Assembly: GCA_036149055.1 (NCBI GenBank)
Contig: JAYZQJ010000227.1
Coordinates: 1-64,000, forward strand
Source of the DNA: Myxococcota bacterium
GTDB taxonomy: Bacteria > Myxococcota_A > Polyangia > Polyangiales > Sandaracinaceae
Direction: 5' to 3'
Length of the DNA stretch: 64,000 nt
Position numbers and translations under genes: made by a program. Below the pieces are notes generated by a model that did not search any database, was not told the DNA's origin, and saw only the letters and a list, made by a program, of their open reading frames with translations. This document shows, one piece after another, positions 29,386-41,215 of this stretch. Numbering within the stretch: the first letter of the stretch is position 1; each line of letters starts with the position of its first letter.

Positions 29386-30894
29386 CTACGCACGGACGGC
29401 GGCGGCGCTCGTGAGGCGGGCCAGCGCGTCGAGCAGCTCACGCGGCCGGAACGGCTTGCGCAGGACCTCGAGCGCGCCGTCGTCCGGGCGGAGCGCGCCC
29501 TCGCTGTGCCCGGTGACGAGCAGCCCCGGCACCCCGCGCTCGCCCGCCGCCCGGAGCACCTCGATGCCCAGCCCGTCGGCCAGCGTCAGGTCCGAGACCA
29601 CCAGGTCGAAGTGACCGGCCGCGAGGCGCTCGCGCGCGTCCTCCACCCCCTCGGCGAGCACGACCCGGTTGCCGGTGCCGGTCAGGACGCGCTCCATGAG
29701 CCGCCGCACCGCGGGCTGGTCTTCGACCACCAGCACCGTGTGATCGGTGAGCTCGTCCTCGATCGGCGCGAGCTCGGCCGCCCGCTCGAGCGCGCCTCGA
29801 GGCGGCGGAAACGCGATCACGAACCGCGTGCCGCCAGCCGGCAGCCGGTCGACCCAGAGCGTCGCCTCGTGGGAGCGCACGATGCCGAGCACCGCCGCGA
29901 GGCCGAGCCCGCGGCCCTGCCCCTTGGTCGACACGAAGGGCTCGAACGCGGCGGCCAGGGTGTCCGGATCGATCCCGACGCCGTCGTCCTCGACCTCCAG
30001 ACAGATCGCCTCCCCCTGCGCGGCGCCGCGGTGGAGCGCGCGGTCGAGGCGCGCGGCGTCGAGCACGACGGGGTGGACCCGCACCCGCACCCGCCCCTTC
30101 GGATCACGCAGCGCCTCGCAGGCGTTGGTGACCAGGTTCAGCACCAGCTGGTGCATCTGGTTGAGGTCGGCGTCGACCTCGCCCGGGGTGAGCTCGAGCT
30201 CGACCTGACGCCGCCGGCCGGTGTCCAGGAGGCGCACCGCCGCGCGCGCGGCCGCGGCGAGATCGAGCCGCCGCACCTCCACCGCGCCGCCCCCCGAGTA
30301 GGCGAGCATCTGCTGACAGAGCGCGGCGGCCGCGGCGGCGCTCTCCAGGACCTCGTCGAGCAGCTCGCGCTGCGCGGGGCTCGCGTCGGCCCGCGCCAGC
30401 TCGGCGTTGCCCACGACCCCGACCAGGATGTTGTTGAAGTCGTGCGCGATCCCTCCCGCCATCAGCCCGAGGCTCTCGAGCTTCTGCGACCGGAGCATCT
30501 CGGTCTCGAGCCGGAGCCGCTCGGCCACGGCCGCGCGCCGCGCGGTGACGTCCTCGCAGATCGCGACGCCGTGGGTCGGCCGCCCCTCCTCGTCGCGGAA
30601 GACGGTGACCGTCACCGACGCCCAGACCACGCGCCCCGACGCGTGCAGGAAGCGCTTCTCGAGCGAGTACGACGGCCGCGCCGCCTCCAGGATCTCCTGG
30701 AAGAGCGCCGCCTCCCGAGGCGCGTCCTCGGGGTGGGTGAGCTGCAGCGGATCGAGCTCCGCCAGCTCGGACTCGGGGTAGCCGAGCATCTCGCAGAAGG
30801 CGGCGTTGGCCCGCACGAACCGGAGCGTGTCCGCCTCCGCGATGGCCATCGGGGTCCGGCTCTCGGCGAACACCGTCTCGAAGTCGAAGGCCAC
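29386..30894 (-). CDS. PAS-domain hybrid sensor histidine kinase with C-terminal receiver
   Basis: PAS/PAC (ANAAFCEMLGY, THPED); IAHDFNN H-box; VTNA, DDGVG, PFVSTK..GRGLGL; VLVVED receiver. Confidence 0.95.
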   Translation of the reverse strand: MAFDFETVFAESRTPMAIAEADTLRFVRANAAFCEMLGYPESELAELDPLQLTHPEDAPREAALFQEILEAARPSYSLEKRFLHASGRVVWASVTVTVFRDEEGRPTHGVAICEDVTARRAAVAERLRLETEMLRSQKLESLGLMAGGIAHDFNNILVGVVGNAELARADASPAQRELLDEVLESAAAAAALCQQMLAYSGGGAVEVRRLDLAAAARAAVRLLDTGRRRQVELELTPGEVDADLNQMHQLVLNLVTNACEALRDPKGRVRVRVHPVVLDAARLDRALHRGAAQGEAICLEVEDDGVGIDPDTLAAAFEPFVSTKGQGRGLGLAAVLGIVRSHEATLWVDRLPAGGTRFVIAFPPPRGALERAAELAPIEDELTDHTVLVVEDQPAVRRLMERVLTGTGNRVVLAEGVEDARERLAAGHFDLVVSDLTLADGLGIEVLRAAGERGVPGLLVTGHSEGALRPDDGALEVLRKPFRPRELLDALARLTSAAAVRA

Positions 30895-30907
30895 CGAGCG
30901 ATTGTAC

Positions 30908-31879
<972 letters not shown>

Positions 31880-31985
31880 ACAGCCTGCCCCTCCCGGCTG
31901 CGCAGCCTACGTACATCGTGGCACTCGCATTCCCCGCCCTTCAACGTCCAGCGCGAGATACCGTGAGCGACGGAAAAGCACACCG

Positions 31986-33242
31986 ATGAGCCCCCGTCCC
32001 CGCCTCCGTTCGAGCGTCCAAGCCCGCAGGCATCTGCGCGGCGACGACGTCTGCGTGGTCCTGCACCGGGGCCCCGCGGCGATGAAGCTGGGCGAGCGGG
32101 AGTGGCGGGTGGTGCGCGCGATGGACGGCACCCGGGACGCGGAGGGGATCGCGCTCGCGTCCGGGGTGGCCCGCGCGCACGTGGCCGCCTTCGTGGAGGC
32201 GCTGGAGCGGGCCGGGTTCCTGGGCGAGGACGGGGGCGGAGGCGACCCGGCGGCCGGCGAGCCGTCGTTCGCCCGGGACCTGCCCGTGCTGCCGCTCCCC
32301 GGCTACCGCTTCACCTGCGACGGTCGGGGCGCGTGCTGCGCGACCTTCGCCACCATGGCCTTCACGCCGCTGGAGGCCGCGCGCGCCCGGGCCGCGGCGC
32401 CCGAGATCGAGCACGGCGGCCACGATCCGGACCGCGTGTTCACGCCTCACGCCGGGCTCGACGGGAGCCTGCTCGCGGTCGCGATGCGGGACGGCGCCTG
32501 CGTCTATCGCTCGGACGCGGGGTGCCGGGTGCACGCGGCGGCGGGCGCGGAGGCCAAGCCGCTCGGGTGCCGCACCTACCCGATGCGCCACGTCGACGTG
32601 GGCGACGCGATCCGGGTCGCGCCCCGCCCCGAGTGCGACTGCGTGTTCGCGTCCGGCCGGGACGAGATCACCGACGCAACGCGCGGCGCCGACCTGCCGC
32701 GCGCGCTCTACGTCGATCGGCTCGGCCCGGTCCGCATGGGGCCCGAGACCGTCTCGGCGCAGGACTTCATCCGGTGGTGTGACGCGCGGCGCCCCGAAGA
32801 CGCCGCCGCCTGGTGCGCCGGGACCGCCGACGCGGTCGCGCGGGACGGCGCCCGGGCCGAGGGCCGCCCCGGCGAGCTCGCCTCGCTCCACGCCGCGGCG
32901 CGCGCGATCGCGGCGAGAGCGGAGCAGCTCGCGGCGGTCCTGGCCGACCACCGCGGCCCGCGCGATCCCTTGCGCCGGCGCGTCGACGGGCTGCTCGAGG
33001 CCGCCGCCCGGATCGGCGAAGGCGCGCCGGCGGTCGACGACGAGCGCCTCTATCTCACGGCCACGCTCTTCGGCGGCTGGCTGGCCGACGAGCCCTCGGT
33101 CGAGCTGGCGCTGCGAGAGCGAGGCGCCCGGGTCCTGCTCGCGCGCGCCTTCCCGCCCGGGATCTCGCCTCACCCGCTCGGCGTGGTCGAGTCGCTCGCG
33201 CGAGGACACGGGCTCGCCGCCGCCCCCTCCGGCGCGCTATGA
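31986..33242 (+). CDS. YkgJ/FliB-like cysteine-cluster protein with N-terminal PqqD/RRE-like winged helix
   Basis: FTCDGRGACC..CVY....CRVH......KPLGCRTYP; N-terminal EWRVVRAMDGTRDAEGIA..VAAFVEALERAGFL. Confidence 0.7.
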   Translation: MSPRPRLRSSVQARRHLRGDDVCVVLHRGPAAMKLGEREWRVVRAMDGTRDAEGIALASGVARAHVAAFVEALERAGFLGEDGGGGDPAAGEPSFARDLPVLPLPGYRFTCDGRGACCATFATMAFTPLEAARARAAAPEIEHGGHDPDRVFTPHAGLDGSLLAVAMRDGACVYRSDAGCRVHAAAGAEAKPLGCRTYPMRHVDVGDAIRVAPRPECDCVFASGRDEITDATRGADLPRALYVDRLGPVRMGPETVSAQDFIRWCDARRPEDAAAWCAGTADAVARDGARAEGRPGELASLHAAARAIAARAEQLAAVLADHRGPRDPLRRRVDGLLEAAARIGEGAPAVDDERLYLTATLFGGWLADEPSVELALRERGARVLLARAFPPGISPHPLGVVESLARGHGLAAAPSGAL

Positions 33243-33249
33243 GCGGCCC

Positions 33250-34737
33250 ATGGCGAAAGTCGACGGGGTCAACCTCCGCCCGGGCACGAGCGCGTCCGAG
33301 CTCTTCTACGACGTGCTGGACGAGGCGCGCCGCGCCCACCCGAGCGCGTTCGAGGGGCTGCGCTGGCCCAAGGACGCGCGCGCCTTCAAGCGCGACTACG
33401 CCGCGCCCCTGATCGCCTTCGAGCGGCGCCGGGTGGCGTCCCCGCACCGGGCCGAGATCGCGCGCACCATCGTCGAGGCGAGCGAGGCGTCGATGATCTT
33501 CGCCGGCGAGGGCGCCGAGACCCCGCTGCGGGAGCACCTGCGCGGCGGAGCGGAGCCGCTCCCCACCGAGACGGTGAAGCTCGAGCAGACGGCCGGCCTC
33601 GTGCCGGAGGTGACCTTCCGCGGGCGGCATTACGAGGGCGCGGGGCTCGGCGATCTCGCCGACGCGTGGCTCGCCAAGCGCTGGATGACCGACAGCGCGC
33701 ACCGCGGGATCCGCTGGACCCTCGAGCAGGCGGCGCAGGGCGCGGGCGGGCGCGCGCACCTCTCGGGCCACAAGTGCGTCTCCCTCGGCGGCGGGGCGGA
33801 GCTGTCGCCCACCCGCGCGATGCTGCGGGCCGGCGCGGACGTGCTCTACATCGACGCGCGCGATCCCAGCGAGGCCCTGCTGAAGGATCCGCGGGTCTCG
33901 GGCACGCTGACCTGGGTGCCGGGCGGCGCCGACCTTCTCGCGCGGCCGGCCGAGGTCGCGGCGACGATCGAGCGCTGGGCCGGCGACGACCCGGTCCACG
34001 TCGGCATGTACGCCTACGCAGGCGGCGCGGCGCAGGAGTGGCGGCTCACGGCGTCGATGAACGCGATCGTGCGGAGCCTCCCGAAGGCGATCGTGCGCTC
34101 GGTGGTGATGCTGATCTCGCCGACCACGCCGGGCACGGTGAGCCCCGAGGACGCCGCGCTCGCCGACGCCCGCCTGAAGCGGCTCGTGACCCGCCCGCTC
34201 GGGCTCGGCCGCTCCCAGGCGTCGGTGGGGCAGAGCGGGGAGCTGCCCAACCGGGTGTCGCACGCGATCGTCAGCCTGCAGGGCGCGAGCTACCAGGCGG
34301 CCCAGTACGTCGGCAAGATGATGCCGGCCGAGGTGTTCGCGGTGTACGGCGTCGACGGCCGGAGCGAGGGCATCTCGGTCTCCGCGCCGGTCGCCCCGAT
34401 CACGAAGACCGCCTCGCTCCAGCACCCGCTCTTCGACGCCGGCTTCGAGGGCGCCGAGCTGTTCGGCATCCTCATCTCCGAGCCGCAGGCCACCCGGGTG
34501 ATGTGCGCCCTGCTGGCCTTCCACGATCTGCTGAACCCGAGCGCTCCGAGCCGCGCCTCGAGCGCCCTGCCCCCGGGCGACCGGGTGGCCGCGATCATGG
34601 GCGAGCAGATCCACGGCGGGGTCTACGCCCAGCCGCACGCGCTCGAGCGCGAGATCATGGTCGCCGCCGTCGCCGGCCTCGGCCGCAAGCCGAGCCTCAT
34701 CGCGCCCGCGCTCCGCTTCCTCGCCACCGGGAAGTGA
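33250..34737 (+). CDS. Hypothetical protein with possible Rossmann-like segment
   Basis: Long ORF 7 nt after the upstream gene; CVSLGGGAEL..GADVLYID. Confidence 0.7.
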   Translation: MAKVDGVNLRPGTSASELFYDVLDEARRAHPSAFEGLRWPKDARAFKRDYAAPLIAFERRRVASPHRAEIARTIVEASEASMIFAGEGAETPLREHLRGGAEPLPTETVKLEQTAGLVPEVTFRGRHYEGAGLGDLADAWLAKRWMTDSAHRGIRWTLEQAAQGAGGRAHLSGHKCVSLGGGAELSPTRAMLRAGADVLYIDARDPSEALLKDPRVSGTLTWVPGGADLLARPAEVAATIERWAGDDPVHVGMYAYAGGAAQEWRLTASMNAIVRSLPKAIVRSVVMLISPTTPGTVSPEDAALADARLKRLVTRPLGLGRSQASVGQSGELPNRVSHAIVSLQGASYQAAQYVGKMMPAEVFAVYGVDGRSEGISVSAPVAPITKTASLQHPLFDAGFEGAELFGILISEPQATRVMCALLAFHDLLNPSAPSRASSALPPGDRVAAIMGEQIHGGVYAQPHALEREIMVAAVAGLGRKPSLIAPALRFLATGK

Positions 34738-34862
34738 AACGTGAGCGACGCCTCGCGTTTCCGCTCAAGAAGCTGGAATCATGAGAGGAATCCCGCGGCT
34801 TCATGTGAGTCGACCCTGGCTCGCGGTCGGGTATATTGAACTCGATTCAGGAAGGGGCGGAC

Positions 34863-36392
34863 ATGCTGAAGCGATCGGACGTGGGGGACGACGAGCTGCC
34901 GGTGGCCATCATCGGCGCGGGCTTCGCCGGGCTGGGCATGGCGATCCAGCTGAAGCAGCGCGGGGTCGACGCCTTCACGATCTTCGAGGGCGGGAGCGAG
35001 GTCGGCGGCACCTGGCGCGACAACACCTACCCCGGCTGCGCGTGCGACGTGCCCTCGCATCTCTACTCGTTCTCGTTCGAGCGCAACCCGGACTGGTCGC
35101 ACAACTACAGCCCGCAAGAAGAGATCCTCGCCTACCTGAGGCGCTGCGCCGAGAAGTACGACGTCCGCGCGCACATCCGCTTCGACACGTGGATCGCGAA
35201 GGCGGAGTGGCGCGAGGCGGAGAAGCGCTGGCGCCTCGAGAGCGCGGAGGGCGACGTCTTCTTCGCGCGTGTCCTCGTCGCCGGCACCGGCCCGCTGCGC
35301 ACGCCGTCGCTCCCGGACGTGCCCGGCCTCGAGACGTTCGAGGGCGAGGTCATGCACTCGGCGCGCTGGAACCACCACTACGACTTCGCCGGCAAGCGCG
35401 TCGCCGCGGTCGGCACCGGCGCGAGCGCGATCCAGTTCGTGCCCGAGCTCGCGAAGGAGGTCGATCGCCTCCACCTCTTCCAGCGCACGCCGCCCTGGGT
35501 GATGCCGAAGATCGACGGCGCGTTCTCCGAGGCGTGGAAGGCGCGCTTCCGCCGCTTCCCCGCGCTGACCTTCGGCTTCCGCAACGCGATCTACTGGGCG
35601 GCCGAGCTCTTCGGCACCGGCTTCTTCGTCGACCCGCGCATCAACGAGTGGCGACAGAACATGGCCCGCCGCTACATCGAGGAGTCCATCGACGACCCGG
35701 CGCTGCGCGAGAAGGTCACGCCCGACTACGTGATGGGCTGCAAGCGGGTCCTCTTCTCGAACGACTACTACCCCGCGCTGAACCGCGAGAACGTGGAGCT
35801 CGTCGACCGCGAGGTCACCGAGATCCGGGCCCGCAGCGTCGTCGCCAGCGACGGCACCGAGCGCGAGGTCGACGCGATCGTCTTCGGCACCGGCTTCCGG
35901 GTCACCGACTTCCTCACCCCGCTCGAGGTGAAGGGGGTGGGCGGCCTCGACCTGAACGACGCGTGGCGCGACGGCGCGGAGGCCTACCTCGGCATGACCG
36001 TGGCGGGCTTCCCGAACCTCTTCATCCTCGTCGGCCCCAACACCGGGCTCGGCCACAACTCGATCGTGTTCATGATCGAGGCGCAGGTGCACTACGTGCT
36101 CGCGTGCCTCGAGCGCATGAAGCATCGCAAGGTCGGCGCCCTCGAGGTGAAGCCCGCCGCCCAGCGCGCCTTCAACGACCGGGTCCAGGAGCGCCTCTCG
36201 AGCGTGGTCTGGAACACGGGGGGCTGCACCAGCTGGTACCTCGACGAGAACGGCAAGAACGTCACCCTCTGGCCGGGCTACACCACCGAGTACTGGCTGC
36301 GCACGCGCCGCCCGCGCTGGACGCACTACGTCGAGCGCCCCCTGCCCGCGAGGGTGGAGGCGCGCGGGGGCGCGTTCGCGGAGGCTCGATGA
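34863..36392 (+). CDS. Flavin-containing monooxygenase (Baeyer-Villiger type)
   Basis: IIGAGFAG, GGTWRDNTYPG, FEGEVMHSARWNH fingerprint, VGTGASA, FGTGF. Confidence 0.95.
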   Translation: MLKRSDVGDDELPVAIIGAGFAGLGMAIQLKQRGVDAFTIFEGGSEVGGTWRDNTYPGCACDVPSHLYSFSFERNPDWSHNYSPQEEILAYLRRCAEKYDVRAHIRFDTWIAKAEWREAEKRWRLESAEGDVFFARVLVAGTGPLRTPSLPDVPGLETFEGEVMHSARWNHHYDFAGKRVAAVGTGASAIQFVPELAKEVDRLHLFQRTPPWVMPKIDGAFSEAWKARFRRFPALTFGFRNAIYWAAELFGTGFFVDPRINEWRQNMARRYIEESIDDPALREKVTPDYVMGCKRVLFSNDYYPALNRENVELVDREVTEIRARSVVASDGTEREVDAIVFGTGFRVTDFLTPLEVKGVGGLDLNDAWRDGAEAYLGMTVAGFPNLFILVGPNTGLGHNSIVFMIEAQVHYVLACLERMKHRKVGALEVKPAAQRAFNDRVQERLSSVVWNTGGCTSWYLDENGKNVTLWPGYTTEYWLRTRRPRWTHYVERPLPARVEARGGAFAEAR

Positions 36393-36408
36393 TCGCGCCC
36401 CTCGAGGA

Positions 36409-38505
36409 TCACTCCCAGGGGTAGAAGGCGTTGTCCACGTGGGCGAGGCCGGTGTCGGCGAGCTCGGGGAAGTGGCGCAGCAGCACCGACTTCATCGAGT
36501 TGGCCTCGACCCAGATCAGGCCCTCGTTGGTGTACGTCTCGGCGTTGTAGAGCTCGGTGTAGTAGCGGTCCGCCTGGAGGCGGCGGGTCGCCATGAGGGT
36601 GAAGACCTGGAAGAGGGTCTCGCCGAAGCCGTAGCAGCTCGGGCGCTGCGCCTCGGCGAAGGTGCCCACCATCAGGTCGAGCCGGTCGATGCTGCCGTAG
36701 ACCCGCTCCAGCCGATGGGCGAGCCGCCGGTCGCCCCCCGTCAGCGTGAGGAAGTCCGGCACCGGAGGCAGGCCCAGCATCTGCCGGGCCGCGTTGTAGC
36801 GAGGCACGCCGCGCTCACGATCCCGCAGGACGTCGACGGTGCCCATGTCGAGCACGCCGCGGCCCGGGATCTCGATGTCCTGGAGGAAGCGCGGGTAGTT
36901 CTGGAGCACCAGCGCGCCGGGGTGGCTCGTCCCGAACGTGTAGAGCATGTCGGTCATGCCGTGGCGCTCGACGAGGCCGCGCCCGCGCGCGTCCCGGGTG
37001 CGCCCGGTGGGCACGATCTGCCGCAGCCGACCGGAGCGCGCCGAGCGCACCGCGAACACCTCGGGCAGGAGCGGGTGCATCCGGTAGACCGAGACGAACT
37101 CCTCGGTCATCGCGTAGGCCGCGTCGTGGAGATCACGCCCGCCCGCGTTGCCGACGACGCCGTACACCACCGGGTTCGGGTAGAGCCCCGGGATCTCGGG
37201 CAGCGGCGGGCAGGTGAAGTGGTTCAGCCCGTACCAGTTCGTGTTCATCGCCACGTTCAGGCTGCTGTTCGGCAGGATCGCCGGCGTCCACTCGAGGGTG
37301 TGGATCTTCGCGATCAGCGCGGCGTTGATCAGGCGCGCGGTCTGGAAGAGGCGCTCGTCGTCCCAGCTCGGGTAGGCGGCGGCGAGCATGTCGGCGATCG
37401 CGTTGTGCTCGAGCGCGAAGAGGGTGTGGAGCAGCTCCAGGCCGACCCAGAAGTTCTCGCGCATGCCGGTGTCGGCGTAGCCGCGCGAGCCCACCGGGAG
37501 CAGCCCATCCGGCCCGACCCGCAGCCGGCCGCCCACGTGCGCCCGGAGGCGGTGCGCGGTGGCGTCGTCGCTGCCGTAGATCTGCGAGCCGTCCCACCAG
37601 TGCGTGACCTCGTTGGTGAAGGTCGGCGGAAGCGCGTCGTCGCGCCCGGGCACGCGGGTCGGATCGGCGCGGGTGGCCGGCACGATCAGCGTGTCGAGCC
37701 CGCGGGTGAAGCGCAGCGGATCCCAGCGGCTCAGCGGCACCTCGATGACGTCGCGGGTGTGCGGGCGGCCGTGATCGAACCAGTCGTGGATCTGGAACTG
37801 GGTCCAGACCCCGGCGAGGTTGTTGAGGAACGGCACCGGCTGGAAGCCGCCGGTCCGCCGACGCAGCAGCGAGAGCGAGACCTTGCGCGGGTTGGGCTCG
37901 AGCAACATCGACGGGTCGGCGTGGGCGCCCGCGAGCGGCACGTTCCGCCCGAAGCGCGTCCCGGCCGCGCCCATCAGCGGGTTCGTCGGATCGTTGCAGG
38001 TGCCGTCCAGGGTCCGCGCGGCGTAGGGGCCGGGCGGGCACACCGGGCTCGGCCGCGCCGGGTCGGTCACCAGCGGCACGCCGGTCTCCCCGCCGACGTA
38101 CATGTCGGTGAGGTTGTAGGCCTCGAGGATGCCGCGCATGAGCGCGAGCTTCGCCAGCCCGCGCTCGCGGCCGTCGCGGTACCAGTTGGTCCACGGGCCG
38201 GTGAAGAGATCGGCGGCCAGCGCCGGATCACTCGCGAGCCCGAGCAGGCTCATCAGATCCGACGCGAGCACGGTGGCCGGCGGCGGGCCCTCCGGGCCGA
38301 TGCACACCGGGGGTTGCCCGGTCGCCGGATCGTCCGGGCAGCACAGGCCGGTCGACGCGCTGATCGGCTCACAGACGAGACCGGGATCACACGCGGGACC
38401 ACCGCCCACCCCACAGTACTGCGCTTCGCCCGCGCTCGGGACCCACACCGCGGCGAACGTCGCCACGACCCCGAGCCGGCAGACCCAACCCAAACGATTT
38501 TTCAT
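36409..38505 (-). CDS. Secreted heme peroxidase-cyclooxygenase family protein, fatty acid alpha-dioxygenase-like
   Basis: [58 protein letters not shown]-terminal signal and small Cys-rich module. Confidence 0.85.
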   Translation of the reverse strand: MKNRLGWVCRLGVVATFAAVWVPSAGEAQYCGVGGGPACDPGLVCEPISASTGLCCPDDPATGQPPVCIGPEGPPPATVLASDLMSLLGLASDPALAADLFTGPWTNWYRDGRERGLAKLALMRGILEAYNLTDMYVGGETGVPLVTDPARPSPVCPPGPYAARTLDGTCNDPTNPLMGAAGTRFGRNVPLAGAHADPSMLLEPNPRKVSLSLLRRRTGGFQPVPFLNNLAGVWTQFQIHDWFDHGRPHTRDVIEVPLSRWDPLRFTRGLDTLIVPATRADPTRVPGRDDALPPTFTNEVTHWWDGSQIYGSDDATAHRLRAHVGGRLRVGPDGLLPVGSRGYADTGMRENFWVGLELLHTLFALEHNAIADMLAAAYPSWDDERLFQTARLINAALIAKIHTLEWTPAILPNSSLNVAMNTNWYGLNHFTCPPLPEIPGLYPNPVVYGVVGNAGGRDLHDAAYAMTEEFVSVYRMHPLLPEVFAVRSARSGRLRQIVPTGRTRDARGRGLVERHGMTDMLYTFGTSHPGALVLQNYPRFLQDIEIPGRGVLDMGTVDVLRDRERGVPRYNAARQMLGLPPVPDFLTLTGGDRRLAHRLERVYGSIDRLDLMVGTFAEAQRPSCYGFGETLFQVFTLMATRRLQADRYYTELYNAETYTNEGLIWVEANSMKSVLLRHFPELADTGLAHVDNAFYPWE

Positions 38506-38645
38506 CACCGCTCCCCGCACCGCCCCCAGTGCGCAACCACACGAAGAGAATGGGGGAGCCCGACCCTTTGCGCAAGTTTCGTACATCGATGGTCGAGGAC
38601 GTGGCGCCCATGACCTCCGGGCCGAAACCGAATAGAGTCGCCGAC

Positions 38646-39065
38646 ATGCGGTTCCTGCACACGATGCTCCGGGTCCAGGACCTGGACGCGGCGCTCGACT
38701 TCTACATGAACAAGCTCGGGCTGAAGGAGGTCCGCCGGCGGGACAGCGAGGGCGGCCGGTTCACCCTGGTCTTCCTCTCCACCGGGGAGGACGAGGCCGA
38801 GATCGAGCTGACCTACAACTGGGATCCGGAGGAGACGTTCACCGGCGGGCGCTACTTCGGGCACCTGGCCTTCGCGGTGGACGACATCTACGCGACCTGT
38901 CAGCGGCTCATGGACGCGGGGGTCACCATCAACCGCCCGCCGCGAGACGGGCGCATGGCCTTCGTGCGCTCCCCGGATCTCCACTCGATCGAGCTGCTCC
39001 AGCGGGGCGACGCGCTCGCGCCGCAGGAGCCCTGGGCCAGCATGCCGAACACGGGGGAGTGGTGA
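38646..39065 (+). CDS. gloA: Lactoylglutathione lyase (glyoxalase I)
   Basis: [44 protein letters not shown]. Confidence 0.9.
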   Translation: MRFLHTMLRVQDLDAALDFYMNKLGLKEVRRRDSEGGRFTLVFLSTGEDEAEIELTYNWDPEETFTGGRYFGHLAFAVDDIYATCQRLMDAGVTINRPPRDGRMAFVRSPDLHSIELLQRGDALAPQEPWASMPNTGEW

Positions 39066-40432
39066 GCACCGATCTGCGCGCGCAGGGCGCCGCCGGCCCG
39101 ATCGACTGGGCGGCGGTGGAGGCGGAGGCGATCGCGCACTTCAAGGCGCTGCTCCGCATCGACACCACCAACCCGCCCGGCAACGAGCGGCCGGCCGCCG
39201 ACTACATCGCGAAGGTGCTGAGCCAGGAGGGGATCGAGTTCGAGATCATCGAGTCGAAGCCCACCCGAGCGAGCCTGATCGCGCGCCTGCGCGGCACCGG
39301 GCAGGACGGCCCGCTGCTGCTCAACGGGCACCTCGACGTCGTGCCCGCCGACCCCGCCTTCTGGACCCACCCGCCCTTCGAGGCGAAGGAGGCGGACGGC
39401 TGCATCTGGGGCCGCGGCGCGATCGACATGAAGAACATGGTGACGATGGGCCTGATGGCGCTCGTCCTCGCCAAGCGCTCCGGGCTCCGGCTGAAGCGCG
39501 ACCTGATCTTCGCCGCGGTCGCCGACGAGGAGGCGGGCAGCCACGAGGGCGCGCTCCACCTGGTCGAGGAGCACCCCGAGAAGGTCCGCGCCGAGTACGT
39601 GCTCAACGAGGTCGGCGGCCACACGCTCTACATGGGCGACAGCCGCTTCTATCCGATCCAGGTCTCGGAGAAGGGGATCTGCTGGTTCGAGATGACGGTC
39701 GAGGGCGAGCCCGGTCACGGCTCCATGCCCCGGCCCGACAACTCCGTGGTCCGGCTCGGTCGGGCCCTCGCCCGGCTCGGGGAGGTGCGGCTCCCGCAGC
39801 ACAACCTCCCGGTGGTCGAGAACTTCCTCCGCACGCTCGCCGCGGGCTCGCCGTTCCCCAACAAGACGGTGCTGCCGCTGCTCCTGCAGCCCCGCTTCGC
39901 CTCCACCCTGCTCGGCCTCCTCGAGCGGCACGAGCTCGAGAAGGCGATCGGCATCAACGCGATGCTCCGGAACACCGCGTCGCCGACGATGATGGAGGCG
40001 GGCAAGAAGGTGAACGTGATCCCGTCGAGCGCGAAGGCGCGGGTCGACGGACGCATCCTCCCCGGCCAGACCCTCGAGCAGTTCCTCGCCGAGGTGCAGC
40101 GGGTGGTGGGCCCCGAGGTGAAGATCAACGTGATCGACCACCACGACGGCACCACCTTCGACGCGAACACGCCGCTCTACGACACGATCTGCGACGTGCT
40201 CGGCGAGCGCGACCCCGGCGGCACTCCGGTGCCCTACATGATCCCCGGGTTCACCGACTCGTTCGCCTACGCCCGCCTCGGCGCGACCTGCTACGGCTTC
40301 TCCCCGGTCAAGCTCGGCCCCGAGCTCAACTTCACGCGCATGTACCACGGCCACGACGAGCGCATCCCGGTCGACGGCTTCAAGTGGGGCCTGCGCACCC
40401 TCTGGGACGTCGTCGAGCGCTTCGTGACGTGA
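39062..40432 (+). CDS. M20/M25/M40 family metallopeptidase
   Basis: [31 protein letters not shown] overlap with gloA. Confidence 0.9.
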   Translation: MSTDLRAQGAAGPIDWAAVEAEAIAHFKALLRIDTTNPPGNERPAADYIAKVLSQEGIEFEIIESKPTRASLIARLRGTGQDGPLLLNGHLDVVPADPAFWTHPPFEAKEADGCIWGRGAIDMKNMVTMGLMALVLAKRSGLRLKRDLIFAAVADEEAGSHEGALHLVEEHPEKVRAEYVLNEVGGHTLYMGDSRFYPIQVSEKGICWFEMTVEGEPGHGSMPRPDNSVVRLGRALARLGEVRLPQHNLPVVENFLRTLAAGSPFPNKTVLPLLLQPRFASTLLGLLERHELEKAIGINAMLRNTASPTMMEAGKKVNVIPSSAKARVDGRILPGQTLEQFLAEVQRVVGPEVKINVIDHHDGTTFDANTPLYDTICDVLGERDPGGTPVPYMIPGFTDSFAYARLGATCYGFSPVKLGPELNFTRMYHGHDERIPVDGFKWGLRTLWDVVERFVT

Positions 40433-40434
40433 CG

Positions 40435-41037
40435 TCAGCGCTGCGCGCGGAAGATGCCGCTGCGCTCGACGCTGAAGGAGAAGGCGGCTTCCTCGGGCTC
40501 CGACGACGGGCCGAGGAGGCCGCGCTCGCGCAGGTCCGCGGTGGTCATCAGGTCGGCGGCCCGGCCGTCGTCGTCGCCGCGGGCGAGCACGAGGTGGGCG
40601 AGCTCGATCAGCTCGGTCGGCCGCGCGAGCGTCGGATCGAGGGCGAGGTCGGAGAGGCGTCGCTCCCGGGCGCGCTCGCGGGCCACGGTGCGCTCGAGCT
40701 GGGCGCGGAGCGCGTCGAGGGCGGGCCGGGCGACGGTGCGCTGCGCGAGGGTGCGCTGGGCGAGGGTGCGCTGCGCGAGGGTGCGCTGCGCCTCTTCGAC
40801 CAGGGCGAGCGCCTCGCGCGAGGCCTCGCCGAGCTCGTGCAGCATCACCTCGGCCGCGTCGCGGTAGCGAAGCAGGGCCAGGGCCACCAGCACCTCCGGA
40901 GGGCGGGCGTCGGAGCGCTCGAGGTGCCCGCGGAGCTGATCGATCACGTCCGGACGCAGCGCGTCGTCGGTCAGCCCGCGCGCCACGAGAGGACGCAGCG
41001 CGGCGGGGAGACGGTCGAGCTCGAGGGCGGCGTCCAT
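40435..41037 (-). CDS. Hypothetical helical protein with AQRTL repeats
   Basis: AGGA before ATG 41037; protein-like distal part of the 373-aa ORF. Confidence 0.55.
   Translation of the reverse strand: MDAALELDRLPAALRPLVARGLTDDALRPDVIDQLRGHLERSDARPPEVLVALALLRYRDAAEVMLHELGEASREALALVEEAQRTLAQRTLAQRTLAQRTVARPALDALRAQLERTVARERARERRLSDLALDPTLARPTELIELAHLVLARGDDDGRAADLMTTADLRERGLLGPSSEPEEAAFSFSVERSGIFRAQR
40730..40791. repeat. 15-bp tandem repeat x4 (GCGAGGGTGCGCTGC variants)
   Basis: Directly visible; encodes AQRTL x3 plus AQRTV. Confidence 0.85.
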
Positions 41038-41215
41038 GAAGTGTCCTACCGACGGCCGCTCTGGATCTTCCCTCCGGAAACTGGGTGAGTGTTCCGTCGG
41101 GGCTGGAATCGAGACCTCCTGGTCGCGCTTTGTGGGCGACAAAACGCCCCGCACCGACGATTGGCCCGGATGATGGTTGACGGCGACCGGCCCGGTCATG
41201 GAATTCTGCGCGCGC

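Noticed and set aside
31919..31933. TGGCACTCGCATTCC as a sigma54 promoter
   Set aside because: The -12 element is CC instead of the essential GC
31986..33242. RRE-YkgJ protein as the missing RRE partner of the rSAM at 60295
   Set aside because: 27 kb apart with no evidence of linkage
34838..34850. TGAAC-TCG-ATTCA dyad upstream of the BVMO
   Set aside because: Short and imperfect, with no adjacent regulator to assign
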